64,000 bases of DNA from Eledone cirrhosa (taxonomy: Eukaryota): the NCBI GenBank assembly GCA_964016885.1, contig OZ024740.1, positions 278,132,001-278,196,000 on the forward strand, given 5' to 3'. Numbering within the stretch: the first letter of the stretch is position 1; each line of letters opens with the position of its first letter. This document shows, piece by piece, positions 1 through 11,600 of the stretch. Both the position numbers and the translations under genes were made by a program. The notes under the pieces are model-generated. The model made no database searches. It saw nothing but the letters and a program-made list of their open reading frames with translations, and had not been told where the DNA came from.

Positions 1-263
1 CATTTTACACAACTTATTTCTTCTAAGAAACGACTTGCACCATACATTATAATTTGTATCATTTCGAAACACAGCGTTATATAAATATTCTCTCTTTTTT
101 TTCTTCTCTCTTTCTAATCCAATTCGAATAATTATTTGGCGGTGAATTGATGGTCGGTTTTGTTTTTGTTTCCTTTTATTTTTTCTTTCTCTCGCTCTTC
201 TCGTATATTTTGGTGCGTTACATTTGTGAGATTCCGATCAATAGTTAATTGTATTTATTATTT

Positions 264-450
264 GTGGATTGGCAGTATCGGTAGAGGATCGGACGCCATG
301 CTTTCCAGCATAGTTACGTCCCTTTACGATCTGCGTTCAAATCCCGCCGAGGTTGACTTTGCCTTTCATCCTTACGGGGTCGATAAAATAAAGTAGCAGT
401 AATGCACTGGGTAATTGCTGGCCTTGTGCCTAAAGTAGAAACAATTATTT
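264..450 (+). mobile_element. tRNA-derived SINE (family 1, Meta-domain-like core)
   Basis: A-box TGGCAGTATCGG, B-box-like GTTCAAATCC, core GACTTTGCCTTTCATCCTTACGGGGTCGATAAAATAAAGTA, tail GGCCTTGTGCCTAAAGTAGAAACAATTATT. Near-identical copies occur at 26499, 35799 and 56901. Confidence 0.85.
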
Positions 451-2029
451 GTTGTCATATTTCCATCATAACAACACATTCAGCTTCCCAGCATCTTGTA
501 TTAAACTGCGAATTAATGCCGCGAATATTTGGAACGAAAGAATATTTGACTATTGAGTATTCAGAAAATCCAAGAGTAAAATCACCAATGTAGAGTAGAC
601 AAATCTTAAATAGAGCTTGGAGCAGATGTTACGTTAAGAGAACATTCGGACAGAATAGATTTGGATAGAATCTAGTGGATTTAAGAATATGTTAGAACTG
701 ATGAAGTAACGTGGTAAATGTTTAAGATAAACATCCATTATAGACTAACCTTAATCTTTTTAACTCAAGAGGACTGGGATCTGATGGAAGCAAATTTCCT
801 TCATCGATGTCAAGTTCAACATCTTTTTGGACTTCAATAATTTTTTCTGCTTCATTTCCGTTTTTCTTTCTTTTCTTTAACCTTCATATTAGATTATTAG
901 ATTATATGTTGTCTTTTTTTTTTCACCTGGACTGTATACTTATCTGTGTTATATCTATGTTACCATGTGAATCATCATAACTATAATGTAATTTCCCTCG
1001 TTAGACTCTATTCTTTTTATTCTTGGTGGTAGTAACACGTGGTTGTGTGTGTTGCTGCTGACTCCTGCAGATCCCCAAGGAAACACGTCCACACAGTTCA
1101 GCTGTTCTGGAGAATTGAAATCTATCTATTTATCTATATACTACTAAAACTCTGATCTTGCGTGCTTGCTTGCGTGCTTGCTTGTCTGTTATGTAATAGA
1201 GCCAAAAGGGCGTATAATTGGTAAATACTTTGAAAGCAAGTTGCCTCTGAAATGGGAATACAAATTGAATAAAACAAGTTTCGCGAAAATGTGACCCCGG
1301 GTTCCCGAGATTCGCGGGGTTTGGGGGTAAATCGTAAATAGCCACAACGGTGCATACTGGGAAAATACCTCGAAATTAACATAACCCTGTAAAACTTCGT
1401 AAATAACCAAAACATTGCATAATGAGAAAATACTCTGAATAAAACAAGTTTGGCGTAAATCGCACATGGACAATATTTTCAATTTTCCAAAAATAGCAAG
1501 GAATTCATCTAAATTCAATTTATCTTATTTTATAATGAATATCGAAAGAAATAATCCGTTTGTTTTTTGGTTGTCCATTCTGTAGGTAAGAGAGACAGAG
1601 AGGGGGTGAGAGAGAGAGAAAGAGAGAGTGAGGGTGAGAGAGAGAAAGAGAGAGAGTGAGGGGATGAGAGACAGCGTCCTTAACTTTTATTTATTTTAAC
1701 TCTCTCCCCTATCCATAACGTTATTTCTTTCTCTCTCTTTCACAGTTCTACTGCCACCGTGTGTATCTGTATGTGTATGTGTGCCAGTGCATGTGTTTAC
1801 GTACTTAGAGACATGTTTGTGTAACAGTACTTAAGTTAGAGACATATATATATATATATTTGTGTGTGTGTGTGTGTGTGTGTAGGATAACTTCGTAAAT
1901 AGCCCAAACGGTGCATAATGGAAAAATAGCCCTGTAAGTGATATAACCCTGAAATTGGGATAAAACAAGTTTGACGTAAATCGACATAACCTATTTTCAT
2001 CATTCGAGAAATATTTTTAATAATTATTA

Positions 2030-2610
2030 AAAAAAGATTTTTCAGTGATTTCTCAGTGAATATGATTTCAAAACTACAAGTTGTTTGTACTTCAAGTATC
2101 TATATTTGAGCTTTCTTTAAACAGACGATATTTTATTTATCAGAATAGCATTAAGTGAATATCACTGAAAAATACCAGTTGGTGTTAAACAGTAGGTGTT
2201 TATATTTTTGCTTTTGTTAAAAAAAATATTTCAATTATTTAAAAATATTTAAAAGTGAATTTGATTTCACAAATAGTTTTATTTACATAGACAATATCTT
2301 CATTTTTTTTTTATTATTTTCAAGTGAATACGATGGAAAAAATGTTTCTTGGCATATTTAAAAAATATTCTTAAGTGAAAATGACTTAAAAAATACAAAT
2401 TATTTGTACACCGAGTATATATATTTCAGCTTTCTTTAAACAGAATATTTTAATTATTAATAAGTATTTTTTAAGTGAATATGATTTGAAAATACGAGTT
2501 GTTTAAACAGACAATATTTTCATTATTTACAAATATTTCTAAATGCTGATTTAAAAAAAATATTTGTTGAGGTAATATGAATTTTTTCTAAGGTGAATAC
2601 GATTTTCGAT
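2030..2610. repeat. Degenerate AT-rich tandem repeats in the Helitron 5' non-coding region
   Basis: Recurrent blocks AAGTGAATATGATTT...AAATAC(A/G)AGTTGTTT...AAACAGACAATATTTT. Confidence 0.55.
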
Positions 2611-2618
2611 TCTTAAAT

Positions 2619-5600
2619 AATGCCTCGACGAGGAGGAAAGAAAACATCTGGTTGGTTTATCGATAGTGGAAAGCACGACAACAAGATCGGGACAGGCATG
2701 CGACTAGAAGGATTGATGAGACTGATAAAGCAAGGGCTGCGCGTCTGGTGGAACAGAGGGAAAGAGACAGAAGCAGGAGAGATCATGAATCGGATGGTCG
2801 GAGAGCTGAGCGTCTGACGGAACAGAAGGAAAGATACAGAAGCAGGAGATATCATGAATCGGAAGGTCTGAGAGCTGAGCGTCTGACGGAACAGAAGAAA
2901 AGAGACAGAAGCAGGAGATATCATGAATCGGATGGTCTGAGAGCTGAGCGTCTGGCGGAACAGAAGGAAAGAGACAGAAGCAGGAGATATCATGAATCGG
3001 AAGGTCTGAGAGCTGAGCGTCTGACGGAACAGAAGAAAAGAGACAGAAGCAGGAGATATCATGAATCGGATGGTCTGAGAGCTGAGCGTCTGGCGGAACA
3101 GAAGGAAAGAGACAGAAGCAGGAGTTATCATGAATCGGATGGTCTGAGAGCTGAGCGTCTGGCGGAACAGAAGGAAAGAGACAGAAGCAGGAGATATCAT
3201 GAATCGGAAGGTCTGAGAGCTGAGCGTCTGACGGAACAGAAGAAAAGAGACAGAAGCAGGAGATATCATGAATCGGATGGTCTGAGAGCTGAGCGTCTGG
3301 CGGAACAGAAGGAAAGAGACAGAAGCAGGAGATATCATGAATCGGAAGGTCTGAGAGCTGAGCGTCTGATGGAACAGAAGAAAAGAGACAGAAGCAGGAG
3401 ATATCATGAATCGGATGGTCTGAGAGCTGAGCGTCTGGCGGAACAGAAGGAAAGAGACAGAAGCAGGAGATATCATGAATCGGAAGGTCTGAGAGCTGAG
3501 CGTCTGACGGAACAGAAGAAAAGAGACAGAAGCAGGAGATATCATGAATCGGATGGTCTGAGAGCTGAGCGTCTGGCGGAACAGAAAGAAAGAGACAGAA
3601 GCAGGAGATATCATGAATCGGAAGGTCTGAGAGCTGAGCGTCTGACGGAACAGAAGGAAAGAGACAGAAGCAGGAGATATCATGAATCGGATGGTCTGAG
3701 AGCTGAGCGTCTGGCGGAACAGAGGGAAAGAGACAGAAGCAGGAGATATCATGAATCGGAAGGTCTGAGAGCTGAGCGTCTGGCGGAACAGAAGGAAAGA
3801 GACAGAAGCAGGAGATATCATGAATCGGATGGTCTGAGAGCTGAGCGTCTGACGGAACAGAGGGAAAGAGACAGAAGCAGGAGAGATCATGAATCGGATG
3901 GTCTGAGAGCTGAGCGTCTGGCGGAACAGAGGGAAAGAGACAGAAGCAGGAGAGATCATGAATCGGAAGGTCTGAGAGCTGAGCGTCTGGCGGAACAGAA
4001 GAAAAGAGACAGAAGCAGGAGATATCATGAATCGGATAGTCTGAGAGCTGAGCGTCTGGCGGAACAGAGGGAAAGAGACAGAAGCAGGAGATATTATGAA
4101 TCGGATGGTCTGAGAGCTGAGCGTCTGGCGGAACAGAGGGAAAGAGACAGAAGCAGGAGATATCATGAATCGGATGGTCTGAGAGCTGAGCGTCAGGCGG
4201 AACAGAGGGAAAGAGACAGAAGCAGGAGATATCATGAATCGGATGGTCTGAGAGCTGAGCGTCTGGCGGAACAGAGGGAAAGAGACAGAAGCAGGAGAGA
4301 TCATGAATCGGATGGTCTGAGAGCTGAGCGTCTGGCGGAACAGAGGGAAAGAGACAGAAGCAGGAGAGATCATGAATCGGATGGTCTGAGAGCTGAGCGT
4401 CAGGCGGAACAGAGGGAAAGAGACAGAAGCAGGAGAGATCATGAATCGGATGGTCTGAGAGCTGAGCGTCTGGCGGAACAGAGGGAAAGAGACAGAAGCA
4501 GGAGAGATCATGAATCGGATGGTCTGAGAGCTGAGCGTCTGGCGGAACAGAGGGAAAGAGACAGAAGCAGGAGAGATCATGAATCGGATGGTCGGAGAGC
4601 TGAGCGTCTGGCGGAACAGAGGGAAAGAGACAGAAGCAGGAGAGATCATGAATGGGATGGTCTGAGAGCTGAGAGTCTGGCGGAACAGAGGGAAAGAGAC
4701 AGAAGCAGGAGAGATCATGAATCGGATGGTCTGAGAGCTGAGCGTCTGGCGGAACAGAGGGAAAGAGACAGAAGCAGGAGAGATCATGAATGGGATGGTC
4801 TGAGAGCTGAGCGTCTGGCGGAACAGAGGGAAAGAGACAGAAGCAGGAGAGATCATGAATGGGATGGTCTGAGAGCTGAGCGTCTGGCGGAACAGAGGGA
4901 AAGAGACAGAAGCAGGAGAGATCATGAATGGGATGGTCTGAGAGCTGAGCGTCTGGCGGAACAGAGGGAAAGAGACAGAAGCAGGAGAGATCATGAATGG
5001 GATGGTCTGAGAGCTGAGCGTCTGGCGGAACAGAGGGAAAGAGACAGAAGAAGGAGAGATCATGAATGGGATGGTCTGAGAGCTGAGCGTCTGGCGGAAC
5101 AGAGGGAAAGAGACAGAAGCAGGAGAGATCATGAATGGGATGGTCTGAGAGCTGAGCGTCTGACGGAACAGAAGGAAAGAGACAGAAGCAGGAGATATTA
5201 TGAATCGGATGGTCTGAGAGCTGAGCGTCTGACGGAACAGAGGGAAAGAGACAGAAGAAGGAGATATCATGAATCGGATGGTCTGAGAGCTGAGCGTCAG
5301 GCGGAACAGAGGGAAAGAGACAGAAGAAGGAGATATCATGAATCGGATGGTCGGAGAGCTGAGCGTCTGGCGGAACAGAGGGAAACAGACAGAAGCAGGA
5401 GAGATCATGAATCGGATGGTCGGAGAGCTGAGCGTCTGGGGGAACAGAGGGAAACAGACACAAGAAGGAGAGATCATGAATCGGATGGTCGGAGAGCTGA
5501 GCGTCTGGCGGAACAGAGGGAAAGAGACAGAAGCAGGAGAGATCATGAATGGGATGGTCTGAGAGCTGAGCGTCTGGCGGAACAGAGGGAAAGAGACAGA

Positions 5601-8600
5601 AGCAGGAGATATCATGAATCGGATGGTCTGAGAGCTGAGCGTCTGGCGGAACAGAAGGAAAGAGACAGAAGCAGGAGATATCATGAATCGGATGGTCTGA
5701 GAGCTGAGCGTCTTGCGGAACAGAAGGGAAGAGACAGAAGCAGGAGATATCATGAATCGGAAGGTCTGAGAGCTGAGCGTCTGACGGAACAGAGGGAAAG
5801 AGACAGAAGAAGGAGATATCATGAATCGGATGGTCTGAGAGCTGAGCGTCTGACGGAACAGAAGAAAAGAGACAGAAGCAGGAGATATCATGAATCGGAT
5901 GGTCTGAGAGCTGAGCGTCTGGCGGAACAGAGGGAAAGAGACAGAAACAGGAGATATCATGAATCGGATGGTCTGAGAGCTGAGCGTCTGGCGGAACAGA
6001 GGGAAAGAGACAGAAACAGGAGATATCATGAATCGGATGGTCTGAGAGCTGAGCGTCTGGCGGAACAGAAGAAAAGAGACAGAAGCAGGAGATATCATGA
6101 ATCGGATAGTCTGAGAGCTGAGCGTCTGGCGGAAAGAGTGAAAGAGACAGAAGCAGGAGATATTATGAATCGGATGGTCTGAGAGCTGAGCGTCTGGCGG
6201 AACAGAGGGAAAGAGACAGAAGCAGGATAGATCATGAATCGGATGGTCTGAGAGCTGAGCGTCAGGCGGAACAGAGGGAAAGAGACAGAAGCAGGAGAGA
6301 TCATGAATGGGATGGTCGGAGAGCTGAGCGTCTGGCGGAACAGAGGGAAAGAGACAGAAGCAGGAGAGATCATGAATGGGATGGTCTGAGAGCTGAGCGT
6401 CTGGCGGAACAGAGGGAAAGAGACAGAAACAGGAGATATCATGAATCGGATGGTCTGAGAGCTGAGCGTCAGGCGGAACAGAGGGAAAGAGACAGAAGCA
6501 GGAGATATCATGAATCGGATGGTCGGAGAGCTGAGCGTCTGGCGGAACAGAGGGAAAGAGACAGAAGCAGGAGAGATCATGAATCGGATGGTCTGAGAGC
6601 TGAGCGTCTGGCGGAACAGAGGGAAAGAGACAGAAGCAGGAGAGATCATGAATCGGATGGTCTGAGAGCTGAGCGTCTGGCGGAACAGAGGGAAAGAGAC
6701 AGAAGCAGGATAGATCATGAATCGGATGGTCTGAGAGCTGAGCGTCAGGCGGAACAGAGGGAAAGAGACAGAAGCAGGAGAGATCATGAATGGGATGGTC
6801 TGAGAGCTGAGCGTCTGGCGGAACAGAGGGAAAGAGACAGAAGCAGGAGAGATCATGAATCGGATGGTCTGAGAGCTGAGCGTCTGGCGGAACAGAGGGA
6901 AAGAGACAGAAGCAGGAGAGATCATGAATCGGATGGTCGGAGAGCTGAGCGTCTGGCGGAACAGAGGGAAAGAGACAGAAGCAGGAGAGATCATGAATGG
7001 GATGGTCTGAGAGCTGAGCGTCTGGCGGAACAGAGGGAAAGAGACAGAAGCAGGAGAGATCATGAATGGGATGGTCTGAGAGCTGAGCGTCTGGCGGAAC
7101 AGAGGGAAAGAGACAGAAGCAGGAGAGATCATGAATCGGATGGTCTGAGAGCTGAGCGTCTGGCGGAACAGAGGGAAAGAGACAGAAGCAGGAGAGATCA
7201 TGAATGGGATGGTCTGAGAGCTGAGCGTCTGGCGGAACAGAGGGAAAGAGACAGAAGCAGGAAGATCATGAATGGGATGGTCTGAGAGTTGAGCGTCTGG
7301 CGGAACAGAGGGAAAGAGACAGAAGCAGGAGAGATCATGAATGGGATGGTCTGAGAGCTGAGCGTCTGGCGGAACAGAGGGAAAGAGACAGAAGAAGGAG
7401 AGATCATGAATGGGATGGTCTGAGAGCTGAGCGTCTGGCGGAACAGAGGGAAAGAGACAGAAGCAGGAGAGATCATGAATGGGATGGTCTGAGAGCTGAG
7501 CGTCTGACGGAACAGAAGGAAAGAGACAGAAGCAGGAGATATTATGAATCGGATGGTCTGAGAGCTGAGCGTCTGACGGAACAGAGGGAAAGAGACAGAA
7601 GAAGGAGATATCATGAATCGGATGGTCTGAGAGCTGAGCGTCAGGCGGAACAGAGGGAAAGAGACAGAAGAAGGAGATATCATGAATCGGATGGTCGGAG
7701 AGCTGAGCGTCTGGCGGAACAGAGGGAAACAGACAGAAGCAGGAGAGATCATGAATCGGATGGTCGGAGAGCTGAGCGTCTGGCGGAACAGAGGGAAACA
7801 GACACAAGAAGGAGAGATCATGAATCGGATGGTCGGAGAGCTGAGCGTCTGGCGGAACAGAGGGAAAGAGACAGAAGCAGGAGAGATCATGAATGGGATG
7901 GTCTGAGAGCTGAGCGTCTGGCGGAACAGAAGGAAAGAGACAGAAGCAGGAGATATCATGAATCGGATGGTCTGAGAGCTGAGCGTCTGGCGGAACAGAA
8001 GGAAAGAGACAGAAGCAGGAGATATCATGAATCGGATGGTCTGAGAGCTGAGCGTCTGGCGGAACAGAAGGAAAGAGACAGAAGCAGGAGATATCATGAA
8101 TCGGAAGGTCTGAGAGCTGAGCGTCTGACGGAACAGAGGGAAAGAGACAGAAGAAGGAGATATCATGAATCGGATGGTCTGAGAGCTGAGCGTCTGACGG
8201 AACAGAAGAAAAGAGACAGAAGCAGGAGATATCATGAATCGGATGGTCTGAGAGCTGAGCGTCTGGCGGAACAGAGGGAAAGAGACAGAAACAGGAGATA
8301 TCATGAATCGGATGGTCTGAGAGCTGAGCGTCTGGCGGAACAGAGGGAAAGAGACAGAAACAGGAGATATCATGAATCGGATGGTCTGAGAGCTGAGCGT
8401 CTGGCGGAACAGAGGGAAAGAGACAGAAACAGGAGATATCATGAATCGGAAGGTCTGAGAGCTGAGCGTCTGGCGGAACAGAGGGAAAGAGACAGAAGCA
8501 GGAGATATCATGAATCGGATGGTCTGAGAGCTGAGCGTCTGGCGGAACAGAGGGAAAGAGACAGAAACAGAATATATCATGAATCGGAAGGTCTGAGAGC

Positions 8601-11600
8601 TGAGCGTCTGGCGGAACAGAGGGAAAGAGACAGAAGCAGGAGATATCATGAATCGGATGGTCTGAGAGCTGATCGTCTGACGGAACAGAGGGAAAGAGAC
8701 AGAAGCAGGAGATATCATGAATCGGATGGTCTGAGAGCTGAGCGTCTGACGGAACAGAGGGAAAGAGACAGAAGCAGGAGAGATCATGAATGGGATGGTC
8801 TGAGAGCTGATCGTCTGACGGAACCGAGGGAAAGAGACAGAAGCAGGAGAGATCATGAATCGGATGGTCTGAGAGATGAGCGTCTGACGGAACAGAAGAA
8901 AAGAGACAGAAGCAGGAGATATCATGAATCGGATGGTCTGAGAGCTGAGCGTCTGGCGGAACAGAAGAAAAGAGACAGAAGCAGGAGATATTATGAATCG
9001 GATGGTCTGAGAGCTGAGCGTCTGGCGGAACAGAGGGAAAGTGACAGAAGCAGGAGATATCATGAATCGGATGGTCTGAGAGCTGAGCGTCAGGCGGAAC
9101 AGAAGGAAAGAGACAGAAGCAGGAGATATCATGAATCGGATGGTCTGAGAGCTGAGCGTCTGGCGGAACAGAGGGAAAGAGACAGAAGCAGGAGATATCA
9201 TGAATCGGATGGTCTGAGAGCTGAGCGTCTGGCGGAACAGAGGAAAAGAGACAGAAGCAGGAGAGATCATGAATCGGATGGTCTGAGAGCTGAGCGTCTG
9301 ACGGAACAGAAGAAAAGAGACAGAAGCAGGAGATATCATGAATCGGATGGTCTGAGAGCTGAGCGTCTGACGGAACAGAAGAAAAGAGACAGAAGCAGGA
9401 GATATCATGAATCGGATGGTCTGAGAGCTGAGCGTCTGGCGGAACAGAGGGAAAGAGACAGAAGCAGGAGAGATCATGAATGGGATGGTCTGAGAGCTGA
9501 GCGTCTGGCGGAACAGAGGGAAAGAGACAGAAGAAGGAGAGATCATGAATGGGATGGTCTGAGAGCTGAGCGTCTGGCGGAACAGAGGGAAAGAGACAGA
9601 AGCAGGAGAGATCATGAATGGGATGGTCTGAGAGCTGAGCGTCTGACGGAACAGAAGGAAAGAGACAGAAGCAGGAGATATTATGAATCGGATGGTCTGA
9701 GAGCTGAGCGTCTGACGGAACAGAGGGAAAGAGACAGAAGAAGGAGATATCATGAATCGGATGGTCTGAGAGCTGAGCGTCAGGCGGAACAGAGGGAAAG
9801 AGACAGAAGAAGGAGATATCATGAATCGGATGGTCGGAGAGCTGAGCGTCTGGCGGAACAGAGGGAAACAGACAGAAGCAGGAGAGATCATGAATCGGAT
9901 GGTCGGAGAGCTGAGCGTCTGGCGGAACAGAGGGAAACAGACACAAGAAGGAGAGATCATGAATCGGATGGTCGGAGAGCTGAGCGTCTGGCGGAACAGA
10001 GGGAAAGAGACAGAAGCAGGAGAGATCATGAATGGGATGGTCTGAGAGCTGAGCGTCTGGCGGAACAGAAGGAAAGAGACAGAAGCAGGAGATATCATGA
10101 ATCGGATGGTCTGAGAGCTGAGCGTCTGACGGAACAGAAGAAAAGAGACAGAAGCAGGAGATATCATGAATCGGATGGTCTGAGAGCTGAGCGTCTGGCG
10201 GAACAGAGGGAAAGAGACAGAAACAGGAGATACCATGAATCGGATGGTCTGAGAGCTGAGCGTCTGGCGGAACAGAGGGAAAGAGACAGAAACAGGAGAT
10301 ATCATGAATCGGAAGGTCTGAGAGCTGAGCGTCTGGCGGAACAGAGGGAAAGAGACAGAAACAGGAGATATCATGAATCGGATGGTCTGAGAGCTGAGCG
10401 TCTGGCGGAACAGAGGGAAAGAGACAGAAACAGGAGATATCATGAATCGGAAGGTCTGAGAGCTGAGCGTCTGGCGGAACAGAGGGAAAGAGACAGAAGC
10501 AGGAGATATCATGAATCGGATGGTCTGAGAGCTGAGCGTCTGGCGGAACAGAGGGAAAGAGACAGAAACAGGAGATATCATGAATCGGAAGGTCTGAGAG
10601 CTGAGCGTCTGGCGGAACAGAGGGAAAGAGACAGAAGCAGGAGATATCATGAATCGGATGGTCTGAGAGGTGATCGTCTGACGGAACAGAGGGAAAGAGA
10701 CAGAAGCAGGAGATATCATGAATCGGATGGTCTGAGAGCTGAGCGTCTGGCGGAACAGAGGGAAAGAGACAGAAGCAGGAGATATCATGAATCGGATGGT
10801 CTGAGAGCTGAGCGTCTGACGGAACAGAGGGAAAGAGACAGAAGCAGGAGAGATCATGAATGGGATGGTCTGAGAGCTGATCGTCTGACGGAACAGAGGG
10901 AAAGAGACAGAAGCAGGAGAGATCATGAATCGGATGGTCTGAGAGATGAGCGTCTGACGGAACAGAAGAAAAGAGACAGAAGCAGGAGATATCATGAATC
11001 GGATGGTCTGAGAGCTGAGCGTCTGGCGGAACAGAAGAAAAGAGACAGAAGCAGGAGATATTATGAATCGGATGGTCTGAGAGCTGAGCGTCTGGCGGAA
11101 CAGAGGGAAAGTGACAGAAGCAGGAGATATCATGAATCGGATGGTCTGAGAGCTGAGCGTCAGGCGGAACAGAAGGAAAGAGACAGAAGCAGGAGATATC
11201 ATGAATCGGATGGTCTGAGAGCTGAGCGTCTGGCGGAACAGAGGGAAAGAGACAGAAGCAGGAGATATCATGAATCGGATGGTCTGAGAGCTGAGCGTCT
11301 GGCGGAACAGAGGAAAAGAGACAGAAGCAGGAGAGATCATGAATCGGATGGTCTGAGAGCTGAGCGTCTGACGGAACAGAAGAAAAGAGACAGAAGCAGG
11401 AGATATCATGAATCGGATGGTCTGAGAGCTGAGCGTCTGACGGAACAGAAGAAAAGAGACAGAAGCAGGAGATATCATGAATCGGATGGTCTGAGAGCTG
11501 AGCGTCTGGCGGAACAGAGGGAAAGAGACAGAAGCAGGAGAGATTATGAATGGGATGGTCTGAGAGCTGAGCGTCTGACGGAACAGAGGGAAAGAGACAG

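Noticed and set aside
264-350. tRNA gene
   Set aside because: A and B boxes are present but there is no cloverleaf; it is the head of a multi-copy SINE.
1040-1100. Possible hammerhead (CTGCTGA...GAAACACGTC|CACACAG)
   Set aside because: The core is mutated and stem II is not formed; at best a decayed PLE remnant.
2748-6182. Host SR/RS-rich splicing factor or trichohyalin-like gene
   Set aside because: The similarity is compositional only; the strict 23-aa period and position inside Helitron termini explain it.
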